The notes beneath the pieces are model-generated. The model was not told where the DNA came from and ran no database searches. It was given only the letters and a program-made list of their open reading frames with translations. Below are positions 17,115 to 26,480 of a DNA stretch of 30,202 nucleotides, piece after piece (the first letter of the stretch is position 1; each line of letters starts with the position of its first letter). A program made the translations under genes and the position numbers. The DNA is from Archangium sp. (GTDB lineage Bacteria; Myxococcota; Myxococcia; Myxococcales; Myxococcaceae): contig JANLPS010000134.1 in assembly GCA_031367385.1 (NCBI GenBank), forward strand, positions 1-30,202, given 5' to 3'.

Positions 17115-17894
17115 ATGCGAAACCTCCTGTTTGTACTGACCCTTTCAGTTGCCCTGCCCGCCGCGGCCGGCGTCGTGTCGAAGCCCGTGGCCTACACTGT
17201 CGGTAAAGACGCCTACGAAGGCGTGCTGATCTTCGACGACTCGGTCAAGACGCCCCGGCCGGGTCTGCTGCTGGTGCCCAACTGGCTCGGCATCACCCCC
17301 GCGAACGTGAAGCAGGCCGAGCTGGTCGCGGGCTCGAAGTACGTGGTCTTCGTCGCCGACACCTACGGCAAAACCACTCGCCCGAAGACCCAAGAAGACG
17401 CCGGTAAGATGTCGGGAGCCTTGAAGGCCGACCGCAAGACCCTGCGCGAGCGCATCACCAAGGCGCTCGAGGTGATGAAGGCCCAGGCGAAGACCGCCAA
17501 CATCGACACCACCAAGCTCGGAGCCCTCGGGTTCTGCTTCGGCGGCACCACCGCCATCGAGCTCGTTCGCGCGGGCGCCAAGGTCAACGGCGTGGTGACC
17601 TTTCACGCCGGGCTCGACTCTCCGACGCCGGCCGATGGCAAGAACATCACCGCGAAGCTGCTGGCGTTGCACGGAGCGGATGACCCGTACAACCCGCCCG
17701 CGAACGTCGAGGCCTTCGAAAAAGAGATGCGCGACAACAAGGTCGACTGGCAGCTCGTGAAGTACGGCGGCGCCGTGCACAGCTTCACCGACGTCGACGC
17801 GCACACGGTCGGGCAGTCTGATTACAACCCGGTCGTGGCCAAGCGCTCGTACGAGGCGATGAACGCGTTCTTCGCTGAAGTCTTCGCAGGTTGA
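17115..17894 (+). CDS. dienelactone hydrolase family protein (secreted)
   Basis: Signal peptide; GFCFGG nucleophile, HGADD, GAVHSFT catalytic motifs. Confidence 0.93.
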   Translation: MRNLLFVLTLSVALPAAAGVVSKPVAYTVGKDAYEGVLIFDDSVKTPRPGLLLVPNWLGITPANVKQAELVAGSKYVVFVADTYGKTTRPKTQEDAGKMSGALKADRKTLRERITKALEVMKAQAKTANIDTTKLGALGFCFGGTTAIELVRAGAKVNGVVTFHAGLDSPTPADGKNITAKLLALHGADDPYNPPANVEAFEKEMRDNKVDWQLVKYGGAVHSFTDVDAHTVGQSDYNPVVAKRSYEAMNAFFAEVFAG

Positions 17895-18562
17895 TGCTTC
17901 GGGCGCTCGTCTTCAGCGTGGTGCTCCTTGGGTCCACGACGTGGGCTCAAGACGAGCTGTCTGAGCCACCGTTGGTGCCTGCGCCCGAAACCCCGGAGGC
18001 GCCGCGCGGGCCTCCTACGATGAACCCGAATGCCGATGCGGCACCACCTGTGACTCCGCAGGTGGGGCACATCGCGAACAGGCCGCTCGAGCCAGTGCCC
18101 GCGACCGCGGCGTCACAAGAAGAGCCTCCGGGCCGGTTCAAGCGAATCGCCTGGTCACTCGGCTTCGGCGCCGTTTCGGGTGCGGCGATCGCGGTGGTCG
18201 GCGGTGTGCTCGGTGCTTCGGTGCGCGGCCCTCAGCTGCAACCCATGGGCAACGGGTGGACGGGTGCGGCCCTCGGGTTCATCGTCGGTGCGCCGATTGG
18301 CGTGCTGATCGCCGGAGCGATCTTCGATGGCAATGGCGCGTGGTGGGCAACCGTGTTGGGCGACCTTGCCGGGGCCCTGGTCGGCCTCGCCGCGGTGGGG
18401 TTCGGAGGAGCCGAAGGCACTCCGGTGCTGTTTTCGCTGCCCCTCGTGGGTTCGGTGCTCGGGTACGAGCTGACGTCGGTGGCGAACCGCACGGTGGTGA
18501 CTCCGACGGTGAGCCTGCTCAAGGGCGGCGGCGGCTCGGTTGGATTTGTGGGTGTTTTCTAA
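17894..18562 (+). CDS. exported glycine-rich membrane protein
   Basis: Signal peptide, Pro-rich linker, GxxxG-rich hydrophobic helices, C-terminal beta-hairpin ending in Phe; TGATG coupling to the upstream gene. Confidence 0.75.
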   Translation: MLRALVFSVVLLGSTTWAQDELSEPPLVPAPETPEAPRGPPTMNPNADAAPPVTPQVGHIANRPLEPVPATAASQEEPPGRFKRIAWSLGFGAVSGAAIAVVGGVLGASVRGPQLQPMGNGWTGAALGFIVGAPIGVLIAGAIFDGNGAWWATVLGDLAGALVGLAAVGFGGAEGTPVLFSLPLVGSVLGYELTSVANRTVVTPTVSLLKGGGGSVGFVGVF

Positions 18563-20044
18563 ATGCGGGCACGAGTGCGGGCCCTGAACGAGAAGACCGC
18601 GCGCAGCTCAGCGAGCTGGGTTCTGTATTGGATGACCTCGTTTCGCCGCGCGGGCTCGAACTTCGCGCTCGACCGGGCCATCGACCATGCGAAGGCCTTG
18701 GGGCAGCCGCTGGTGGTGCTGGAGGCGCTCCGCGTCGGCTACCCGTGGGTCAACGACCGGCTGCACACCTTTATCTTGCAAGGCATGGCCGAGAACGCGC
18801 GACGCTTTCACGGCTCGGCGGTCACCTACTACCCTTACGTCGAAACGGCGAAAGACGACGGCAAAGGTCTGGTCGAGGCCCTCGCGGCCAAGGCGAGCGT
18901 CGTCATCGTCGATGACTGGCCGTGCTTCTTCGTACCCAAGATGCAAGCCGCGTTGGCCTCGCGGGTCGAGGTGCTGGTCGAGGCGGTCGACTCGAACGGC
19001 CTCTACCCGATGCACGAGACCCAGCGCGTGTTCAGCACCGCGCACTCGTTTCGCACGCACCTTCAGAAGACCTTGGCGCCATTTCTGCGCGAGCTGCCCG
19101 CCGAGTCACCGCTCGACGGGCTGACGCTGCCAGCCGCCGTCGTGCCCAGGGCCATCACCACGCGGTGGCCCCGGGCCTCAGCGCCGCTGCTCGAGGCGAC
19201 TCCCGCTGCGATCGCGGCGTTGCCAATCGATCACTCCGTGCCTCCGGTCGCGATGCAGGGAGGCAGCGCCGCCGCCGAAGCCCGCGCGCAGCTCTTCGTC
19301 GCCAAGAAGCTCAACGCGTACGCCGAAGCCCGCAGCGAGCCAGAGGTCGACGGCACCAGCGCGCTCTCGCCCTACCTGCACTTCGGGCACATCTCGGTGC
19401 ACCAGGTCTTTCGGGCCATCACCAAGCTCGAAAAGTGGAGCTCCGACCAGCTCGGCAAGTCGATCGGCGGCGCCAAAGAAGGCTGGTGGCACCTCTCGCC
19501 CTCGGCCGAAGCGTTCATCGACGAGCTGGTGACCTGGCGCGAGCTGGCCTTCAACATGGCCAGCCACCGGCCCGACGAGTACGCGAGCCTCGACTCGCTG
19601 CCGCAGTGGGCGCTGGTGACGCATCGCCAGCACGCCAATGATCGCCGAGAGACGCTGTACTCCCGCGACGAGCTCGAGCACGGCCAGACCCACGACCCCT
19701 TGTGGAACGCGACGCAGATGCAGCTGGTGCGCGACGGGTGGTTTCACAACTACCTGCGCATGCTCTGGGGCAAAAAGATTCTCGAGTGGTCGAAGACGCC
19801 GCAAGACGCGCTCAACACGATGGAGCACTTGATGAACAAGTACTCGCTCGATGGGCGCGACCCGGTGTCGTACTCCGGCTACCTGTGGGTGTTGGGCCGA
19901 TATGATCGCGCCTGGGGCCCGGAGCGCCCGATCTTCGGCAAGGTTCGCTACATGAGCAGCGACAACACCGCGAAGAAAATCTCGGTGAAGGGTTTCATCA
20001 AGAAGTACGGGCCTTCACCGTTGCCTGCAACGACCCGGCGGTAG
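18563..20044 (+). CDS. phr: class II CPD deoxyribodipyrimidine photolyase
   Basis: VLYWM, SALSPYLHFGHIS, FIDELVTWRELA, THDPLWNATQ, HNYLRMLWGKKILEW, LDGRDP, ERPIFGKVRYM. Confidence 0.93.
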   Translation: MRARVRALNEKTARSSASWVLYWMTSFRRAGSNFALDRAIDHAKALGQPLVVLEALRVGYPWVNDRLHTFILQGMAENARRFHGSAVTYYPYVETAKDDGKGLVEALAAKASVVIVDDWPCFFVPKMQAALASRVEVLVEAVDSNGLYPMHETQRVFSTAHSFRTHLQKTLAPFLRELPAESPLDGLTLPAAVVPRAITTRWPRASAPLLEATPAAIAALPIDHSVPPVAMQGGSAAAEARAQLFVAKKLNAYAEARSEPEVDGTSALSPYLHFGHISVHQVFRAITKLEKWSSDQLGKSIGGAKEGWWHLSPSAEAFIDELVTWRELAFNMASHRPDEYASLDSLPQWALVTHRQHANDRRETLYSRDELEHGQTHDPLWNATQMQLVRDGWFHNYLRMLWGKKILEWSKTPQDALNTMEHLMNKYSLDGRDPVSYSGYLWVLGRYDRAWGPERPIFGKVRYMSSDNTAKKISVKGFIKKYGPSPLPATTRR

Positions 20045-20060
20045 GCCATGTCAGCGGGGC

Positions 20061-22262
20061 ATGACCCGCTCCTGGCTCTTCGTGGTGTTGGCGACCCTCT
20101 CGTGTGGCGGTGTCGTCGGTGCAGACATCGCTGAGGAAAAGGGGGGCCACGATGCCGGGCGAACGCCGGTGGCCGACGCCGGCACTGTGGTGGCTCAACC
20201 AGAACCCGATGCGGGTGTGGAATCACCGACGCTCGACGCAGGCGAGACTCCAGCACCCGGGGCCGACGCGGGCCGACCACCCCAGCGCGATACGGGCGCC
20301 CCTCGCGACGCAGGCACCACTCGTGACGCCGGGCCCCCTCGCGATGCCGGAGGCCCCTTCGATGGCGGCCCCGTCTTCAGCGACCCCGACGCCGGGGCGT
20401 CGACCGCCACTTCATTCGAGCTGACCTCGTCAGTGTCAGGCACCGAGCTGCCCTTCACCGTGGGTTTGGGCTTTCGGCGCGGCGATGTGCCGACCAGCTT
20501 CGCGCTCGACCTCGCGCGGGGTCAGGTCGAGGTCAAACGCCGCTGGTCAGACGGCAGCGTCAAGCACGCCATCGTCTCTGGCCGTACCGACCTGGTCGCC
20601 AACCAGGCCAAGGTGATTCGAATCGTCAGCGGCGCGTTTCCTGCTGGCACGGCCCTCACCTGCGCTGACGTCAAGGCCGCCGTGCCGTCGCTCACCGTCT
20701 CCTTGGGCACGCAAGGCTCGGTCTCGCTGGCCAGCGTGCTGACCAACCCGATTCGCACCTGGCTCAGCGGCAGCGAAGCCGTCGAGTGCCACTACCTGGC
20801 CTCGGTCGGCTCGGGCGATCTGCGCGTCTTCTTCCACGTGAGGCTCTACCGCGGTGGCCGAATGCTGGTGCGAACGGTGGTCGAGAACGGGCTGCTGACC
20901 TCAGCCAGCGATGTGACCTACACGCCAACCCTGACCCTCGATGGCACGGTCATCTACTCCCACGGCGGCACCGCGCTCTCGCACCCCGCGCACACCCGCT
21001 GGCTCATCGATGCCTGGGTTGGTGGAGACCCGAAGATCTCCGCGCGTCACGACACCGACGCCCTGATGCGCACCAGGTTGGTGCCGAACTACTGGGCCAT
21101 CGGGGCCACCGACGCCTCGCTCAACGCGCCGACCCGCACCTACGCCCCGATGCAGCAAGGCGACTGGACACAGAACATGGGCGAGACGGGCTTTCAGGCG
21201 CAGATCGGCCTGCTCCCGAGCTGGGAGGCGCGCTACCTCACCTCGCACGGAGACCCCCGGGCGCTGCAGGCGGTCTTCTCCAACGCGAAGTCACTCAACT
21301 CGTACGGTCTGGTGTGGCGCGACCCGCTCGATTCGCTGCCGGTGCAGCCGACCAAGCGGCCGACCTGGTCACCCGATGGCGAAGGCCAAGGCGGTGCGAA
21401 TGGCGTCGGCGCGGGCTCGGTCATCTGGGAGTCGGCGCATCACCCCAGCGGCGGGTACCTCGCCTACCTACTGACCGGTGACTTCTTCTACCTCGAGACG
21501 ATGCAGCTGCAGTCGGCGACCATTTACCTGGTCAATGGCTACGGCCACGGGAGCGGCGTGAACCGCCTGCTGAGCGGGCAGACCCGAGCGGCCGCCTGGG
21601 CGATTCGCACCATCGGGCAGCTCACTGGCATCGCACCGCTCGATGGGCTCGCCCGCGACTACCAAGCGCTGCTCGGAGCCACCATCGCCTCGTGGGACGC
21701 AGACCGCGCGTCGATCGCCTCGAAGGGCATCGGGCTGTTCTACGCCTACGAGTTGGGCAACAGCGGGTACGGGGTGCCGGGGGTGATCGCTCCGTGGCAA
21801 CAGAACTTCTGGGCCCAGAGTATGGGGCACGTCAGCGACCTCGAGCCGCTCGACGACATGACCGTGTTCAACCGCGTGCGCGACGGGCTGTACCGTTTTC
21901 CCGTCGGCATGTTGGGCGACTCGACGGGGTACTGCTTCACCAAGGCCTCGCAGTACACGGTGAAGGTCGGCACCGGCACCGAGCTCTCGTCGCTCTTCGA
22001 CACCTGGGGTCAGGCGTACCAGAGCGCGTTCGGCACGGCCCCTTGCGGCAACACGCTCGAGGGTGACTCGGGGGGCGCTCCCGGCTTGCCTACCGGGTAT
22101 TACGCGAACTTGTTGCCCGCCATCGCCTACGCGGTCGACCACCACGCGCCCGGTGCAGCGGCGGCGTGGGCCCGGCTGACCGGGGCCACCAATTGGTCAT
22201 CGTTCGCCACCTCGGGGTTCGAAGACGAGCCGGTGTGGGCGGTCGTGCCACGCCGGGAGTGA
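20061..22262 (+). CDS. large DAG-repeat lipoprotein; beta-rich N-domains plus aromatic helical C-domain (tentatively PcRGLX/YetA-like)
   Basis: Lipobox TLSC; 9 DAG motifs; LPFTVGLGFRRGDVP...RWSDGSVKHAIV resembles the RIFT-barrel signature of PcRGLX/YetA-like proteins (from memory); C-terminal HHPS, YLLTGD.FYLE, QTRAAAW, PWQ. Confidence 0.7.
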   Translation: MTRSWLFVVLATLSCGGVVGADIAEEKGGHDAGRTPVADAGTVVAQPEPDAGVESPTLDAGETPAPGADAGRPPQRDTGAPRDAGTTRDAGPPRDAGGPFDGGPVFSDPDAGASTATSFELTSSVSGTELPFTVGLGFRRGDVPTSFALDLARGQVEVKRRWSDGSVKHAIVSGRTDLVANQAKVIRIVSGAFPAGTALTCADVKAAVPSLTVSLGTQGSVSLASVLTNPIRTWLSGSEAVECHYLASVGSGDLRVFFHVRLYRGGRMLVRTVVENGLLTSASDVTYTPTLTLDGTVIYSHGGTALSHPAHTRWLIDAWVGGDPKISARHDTDALMRTRLVPNYWAIGATDASLNAPTRTYAPMQQGDWTQNMGETGFQAQIGLLPSWEARYLTSHGDPRALQAVFSNAKSLNSYGLVWRDPLDSLPVQPTKRPTWSPDGEGQGGANGVGAGSVIWESAHHPSGGYLAYLLTGDFFYLETMQLQSATIYLVNGYGHGSGVNRLLSGQTRAAAWAIRTIGQLTGIAPLDGLARDYQALLGATIASWDADRASIASKGIGLFYAYELGNSGYGVPGVIAPWQQNFWAQSMGHVSDLEPLDDMTVFNRVRDGLYRFPVGMLGDSTGYCFTKASQYTVKVGTGTELSSLFDTWGQAYQSAFGTAPCGNTLEGDSGGAPGLPTGYYANLLPAIAYAVDHHAPGAAAAWARLTGATNWSSFATSGFEDEPVWAVVPRRE

Positions 22263-22287
22263 AGAGCGCCCATGCTATGCAGAGGTG

Positions 22288-24951
22288 ATGGGCGAGCTGT
22301 TCGGGAGATACGTCGTCGAACGACGGCTTGCTCTCGGTGGGATGGCGGAAGTCTGTTTGGCGCGGCAGATGGGGCCGAGCGGCTTCGATCGCGTGTGCGT
22401 GCTCAAGCGAATGCACCCGGCGCTGGCCCAGCTGCCAGAGATCGTCGAGCTCTTTCTGCATGAGGCCCAGCTGACCGCGCAATTGAGTCACCCCAACATC
22501 GCTCAGGTGTACGACTTCGGAGAGGTGAACGGCGCCTACTTCATGGCCCTCGAGCGGGTCGAAGGGCCGTCGCTGCGCGAGGTGATCACCTGGTACGCGG
22601 GCCTGCAGCAGCTGGTGCCGCTGCCGCTGGCCTGCAGAGTGGTGAGTGAGGTGGCGAGCGCGCTCGAGGCGGCCCACCGGGCCAAAGATTCGTCTGGCGC
22701 GGCGCTGAACCTGGTGCACCGCGACGTGAGCCCCTCGAATGTCTTGGTGGCGACGACCGGGGTCACCAAGCTGATCGACTTCGGCATCGCCAAGACCAGA
22801 GCCAGCCTGGTGCAGACCGATCAGGGCTTGGTGCGCGGCAAGGTGGCGTACATGTCGCCCGAGCAGATGCGCGGCGAGGTGCTCGATGGGCGCAGTGATG
22901 TGTTCTCACTGGGGCTGGTGTTCTACGAGCTGATCACCGGCCGGCGGGCGATCGCAGGGCGCACCGACGCCGAGCGCTTCGAGGCTGCGGTGGTGGGGGC
23001 GATGGTGCCGGTCGAGACGCTGCGGCCCGGGCTGCCACCCTCGCTGTTGGCGGTGCTTCGGCGGGCACTGGCGGTTGAAAAAGCGTCGCGCTTCGAGCAG
23101 GCGGGCCAGTTCGCCTCGACGCTCAACGCGGTGATTTCAGAGCAGAAATGGGAAGTCGATTCAGCGGAGATCTCCGCGCTGGCGGAGCGGGTGCGAGGCT
23201 CGGCCGAGACGGCGGCTGAGGTCTCGTTGAGCGAGTGCCCCTCGGAGGCCGCCTTGGAGCGACTGGCGCGCGGTGACGCGAGCCCGACCGAAGCGGAACC
23301 ACTGCGCAGGCACCTCGAGAGCTGTGATGCGTGCCGGCGGGTGGTGTCGCTGGTGGCACAAACGGCGAGCAGCGAGGGAGCCCAAACGGTCGAGCGCATC
23401 GGCCGCTACCTGGTCGAGTCGGAGCTGGGCTCGGGCGTGATGGGGCTGGTGCTGAAAGCGTATGACCCGCAACTGAACCGGCCGGTGGCGCTGAAGCTGA
23501 TGCGCGCGCACCACAGCTCGCTCGAGGCACGGGAGCGGCTGCGCCGGGAGAGCCAGGCCGCCGCGAGCGTGCGCCACTCGAACGTGGTGACGGTGTACGA
23601 CTTCGGGATGCACGGCGACGAGCTGTTCGTCGCGATGGAGTATGTCGAGGGCGTCACGTTGCGTGAATGGGCGCAGCGGCCGGGCCGACGGTTCGAAGCG
23701 TCGATGAAGGTGCTGGTCGAGGTGGGCCGGGGCGTCGAGGCGATTCACGCCGCGCAGCTGGTGCACCGCGACTTGAAGCCCGAGAACGTGCTCGTCGACA
23801 CCCAGGGGCATGGCAGGGTGGCCGACTTCGGCATGGTGCGCGAGGCCGACTCCGACATGACGCGGCCGGGGCAGCTGCTGGGCACTCCGGCGTACATGGC
23901 GCCCGAGCAATTGGTGGGGCTGGTGGCGACCGCGGCGAGCGACCAGTTCGCGTATTGCGCGATGGTGTTCGAGGCCCTGAGCGGGCGGCGGCCGTTCATG
24001 GCGCCGAGCTTGATTGGGCTGAAGAGCGCGATCGACCTCGGCGTGTCGAAGGAGTCGTGGGGCCCGATACCGACCGGCGTTCGGGCGGTGCTGCGGCGCG
24101 GGCTGGCGGCGAACCCCGAGGCGCGGTTCGAGTCGATGACGCAGCTGCTGAACGAGCTCGAGGGGGCCTCTCGCGGGGCCGGGCGCGCGCGGTGGGTGGC
24201 GCTGGCGGCGGTGGTGATCGCGCTGGTGGTCGGGGGGGCCGTGTTCGCGGTTCGCGCGAGCGCTCGTGCGGAGGGAGCGGCGGGCGTGGCGGCATCGGGG
24301 GAGATCGGCACACCGACGTCTTTGCCGGTGATGGTCGCGGAGTCTGCTCCGGCGAAGGAGAACAGCGGCGCGGGGTCTTTGCCCGTGCTGGTCGCGGGGG
24401 CCGCGTCGGCGAAGGAGAACGCCACCGTGACGGCCGCCCCGGTGAAGGAGAGCGTTGCAGCGGTGGTGGATGCGCCGAACGCGAAGCCGGGGCCACGAAC
24501 GCGGACGGCCGCGGTAACGGGTTCGCTGCACGTGACGAGCACGCCGGCCGCCGAGGTGCTGATTGACGGCAAACCACAAGGCAAGACGCCGAGGCAGGTG
24601 AAGCTCGCGCCCGGCACCCACTCGGTGCGGCTGACGCTCGCGGAGGGCGGCTCGCACCAGGCTTCAGTGAGGGTCGAGGCGAATCAGACGGCTGAGGTGA
24701 CGTGGGCGGCGCAGCAGACGGCGCTCGAGATTCGCGCGGTGCCTCCCGAGGTTGAGTTTCGAGTGGCGATCGACGGGAAGCCGATCGGTTCGACGCCGTT
24801 GCCGAATGTGACGCTGTACGAGGGCTCGCACCTGGTGGCGGTGAGTACCGAGGCGGGGTGGTCGAGCTCGAAGCGCATCGAGGTGCGGCCGGGTGAGAAG
24901 TACCGGCTCAAGGTGATTGATCAGTCGGGCCTCGAGCTTCAGCGCAAGTAG
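22288..24951 (+). CDS. tandem Ser/Thr protein kinase: kinase-ZAS zinc finger-kinase-TM-2xPEGA
   Basis: Kinase 1: VLKR, HRDVSPSN, DFG, YMSPE. Linker C..HLESCDAC. Kinase 2: VALK, HRDLKPEN, DFG, YMAPE. TM WVALAAVVIALVVGGAVFAV. PEGA-like STPAAEVLIDGK..GKTP and IDGK.IGSTP. Alternative start GTG 22285. Confidence 0.93.
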   Translation: MGELFGRYVVERRLALGGMAEVCLARQMGPSGFDRVCVLKRMHPALAQLPEIVELFLHEAQLTAQLSHPNIAQVYDFGEVNGAYFMALERVEGPSLREVITWYAGLQQLVPLPLACRVVSEVASALEAAHRAKDSSGAALNLVHRDVSPSNVLVATTGVTKLIDFGIAKTRASLVQTDQGLVRGKVAYMSPEQMRGEVLDGRSDVFSLGLVFYELITGRRAIAGRTDAERFEAAVVGAMVPVETLRPGLPPSLLAVLRRALAVEKASRFEQAGQFASTLNAVISEQKWEVDSAEISALAERVRGSAETAAEVSLSECPSEAALERLARGDASPTEAEPLRRHLESCDACRRVVSLVAQTASSEGAQTVERIGRYLVESELGSGVMGLVLKAYDPQLNRPVALKLMRAHHSSLEARERLRRESQAAASVRHSNVVTVYDFGMHGDELFVAMEYVEGVTLREWAQRPGRRFEASMKVLVEVGRGVEAIHAAQLVHRDLKPENVLVDTQGHGRVADFGMVREADSDMTRPGQLLGTPAYMAPEQLVGLVATAASDQFAYCAMVFEALSGRRPFMAPSLIGLKSAIDLGVSKESWGPIPTGVRAVLRRGLAANPEARFESMTQLLNELEGASRGAGRARWVALAAVVIALVVGGAVFAVRASARAEGAAGVAASGEIGTPTSLPVMVAESAPAKENSGAGSLPVLVAGAASAKENATVTAAPVKESVAAVVDAPNAKPGPRTRTAAVTGSLHVTSTPAAEVLIDGKPQGKTPRQVKLAPGTHSVRLTLAEGGSHQASVRVEANQTAEVTWAAQQTALEIRAVPPEVEFRVAIDGKPIGSTPLPNVTLYEGSHLVAVSTEAGWSSSKRIEVRPGEKYRLKVIDQSGLELQRK

Positions 24952-25674
24952 GTCTCTGGGTTTTGGGGAGAATCTCGAATCACCGGGTGATGGTTCGAGT
25001 GCCTCACCATGAGCGGTGTCCGGGGTTTCGATGAGCAGAAATGCGATCAGCGCCCCCACCGCGAACACCCCCGCGGCGATGTAGCTCGCGTTGGCCCAGG
25101 TCGCGCTCGTCTGACCCGTCGCATACAGCGCGCGCTTCTGCGCCGCGAAGCTGGCCTCGACCGCCCGGTCATAGTGACTGCGCGCATCGACGCCGAACCC
25201 GACTCCGACGCCGGCCGCGACCAGGCCCACTCCGAGCGCAATGCCCGCCGTCACCCACCGGGCCACCCCCACCCGCGCAGTGACTCCACTTGCCACTGCC
25301 ACCGGCGAGGCCTGGGCGACCACCGGCCGATCGAGCGATCGCTTGATGCGCTGCACTGACTGCTGCACCCGCTCGAACTCGACCCGCACCTTGCTCGACA
25401 CCGCCACCGGCAACCGCGCGGCCTCATCAATCGCCAGCGCGCGCTCCCACGCCACCGTCGCCTCGGGGCTCGACAGGTTCGCCAACATGATGCCCTGCAG
25501 CAACGCCACCTCAACCCGGCGCGCGTCGGTATCGGCCAGCGGCTGCGCCTCGTTCAACGCCCGCATCGACGCCTCGAACTCGGCCTCGCGATACGCCGCC
25601 GTTGCCTGCTCAATGGCGAGCTCGTACCCAGTGCTCGCCGCGAGCACCGCCATCAACGCAACGAGCGCGCTCAC
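24664..25674 (-). CDS. exported TPR-like protein with C-terminal TM hairpin; 3' end reads through into the kinase antisense strand
   Basis: Signal-like start; TPR-like AYREAEFEAS...WERALAIDEAARLP; two hydrophobic helices; GTGA coupling to the sigma gene. The folded part probably ends near 25030. Confidence 0.75.
   Translation of the reverse strand: MSALVALMAVLAASTGYELAIEQATAAYREAEFEASMRALNEAQPLADTDARRVEVALLQGIMLANLSSPEATVAWERALAIDEAARLPVAVSSKVRVEFERVQQSVQRIKRSLDRPVVAQASPVAVASGVTARVGVARWVTAGIALGVGLVAAGVGVGFGVDARSHYDRAVEASFAAQKRALYATGQTSATWANASYIAAGVFAVGALIAFLLIETPDTAHGEALEPSPGDSRFSPKPRDLLALKLEARLINHLEPVLLTRPHLDALRARPPRLGTHRHQVRALVQRHIRQRRRTDRLPVDRHSKLNLGRHRANLERRLLRRPRHLSRLIRLDPH
24991..25013. 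repeat. short REP-like element, family B copy
   Basis: TGGTTCGAGTGCCTCACCATGAG, 20/23 identical to 17004-17026; bulged hairpin TGGT-TC-GAG-TGC-CTC-ACCA. Confidence 0.55.
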
Positions 25675-26480
25675 GATGCCGCCTCGGTCGTCTGCAACAG
25701 CCGCGAAATCGACAGCTCGAGTTGGCTGCCCGCGGCGCCGACCAGCTCGAAGGCCTCAGACGACGAGAGCTTGAGCTGCTCGCGCATCACCTGCTGGGTC
25801 GCTCGCAAGAGATCGGCCCGAATCGACCCCAACCACCGGCTCACCGTCGCCTTGTGCACGCCGTAAACCACGCCAATCTGCTCCATCGTCAGCCCATCGA
25901 CGCCAGACAGCTTGACCAAGGTGCGCTCGCGAGGTCCCAGCGCACGCACGGCCTGTGACAGCACCCTCTTCAGCATGGCCCGGGCCTGGTCTCGCGCCAC
26001 CCGGTCTTCAGGGCTGGGCAGCTCGAGCACCAGCTTCTCGAGGTGGGCCTCGAGCTGGTCAGTGTCGGCAGTCGCCGAGACGGCGGTGAGCGCCACCCGC
26101 GTCGCCACGGTTCGAAGCCACGCGGTCAGCGCGCCCTCCCCCGTGAACTCGGCGATCTTCGCGCCCCGGGCCGGAGTCTGGGTGAACAGCCGCAACCGCA
26201 CCCGCTGGGCCATTTCATCGACGTCACCGCTGGCGCTCGCACGGGTGATCGCCTCGCGAATCGCCCGGCCGAACGAAGCCTCGAGACAGCCGATCGCATT
26301 GGGCAGATTCACCGAGCACGCCTGGGTCAAGGCCAGCTCCTCGAGACGCTCGGGCGACCGGGCATCGGCCGAGAGGCCCTTCGACGCCAGAAACCTGGCC
26401 AGCGCTTCGGCCTCGAAGGGCACGCCAGGCCACCGGGTTCGGGCTGCGTCGATCGCCTTGGCCAGCATCTCGGTGCTCAT
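25671..26480 (-). CDS. ECF sigma-70 factor, Myxococcales-family-1-like
   Basis: Sigma2: DEMAQRVRLRLF, AEFTGEGALTAWLRTVATRVAL. Sigma4: LGPRERTLVKL...GLTMEQIGVVYGVHKATVSRWL. Start MSTEML overlaps the upstream stop (ATGA). Confidence 0.88.
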   Translation of the reverse strand: MSTEMLAKAIDAARTRWPGVPFEAEALARFLASKGLSADARSPERLEELALTQACSVNLPNAIGCLEASFGRAIREAITRASASGDVDEMAQRVRLRLFTQTPARGAKIAEFTGEGALTAWLRTVATRVALTAVSATADTDQLEAHLEKLVLELPSPEDRVARDQARAMLKRVLSQAVRALGPRERTLVKLSGVDGLTMEQIGVVYGVHKATVSRWLGSIRADLLRATQQVMREQLKLSSSEAFELVGAAGSQLELSISRLLQTTEAAS

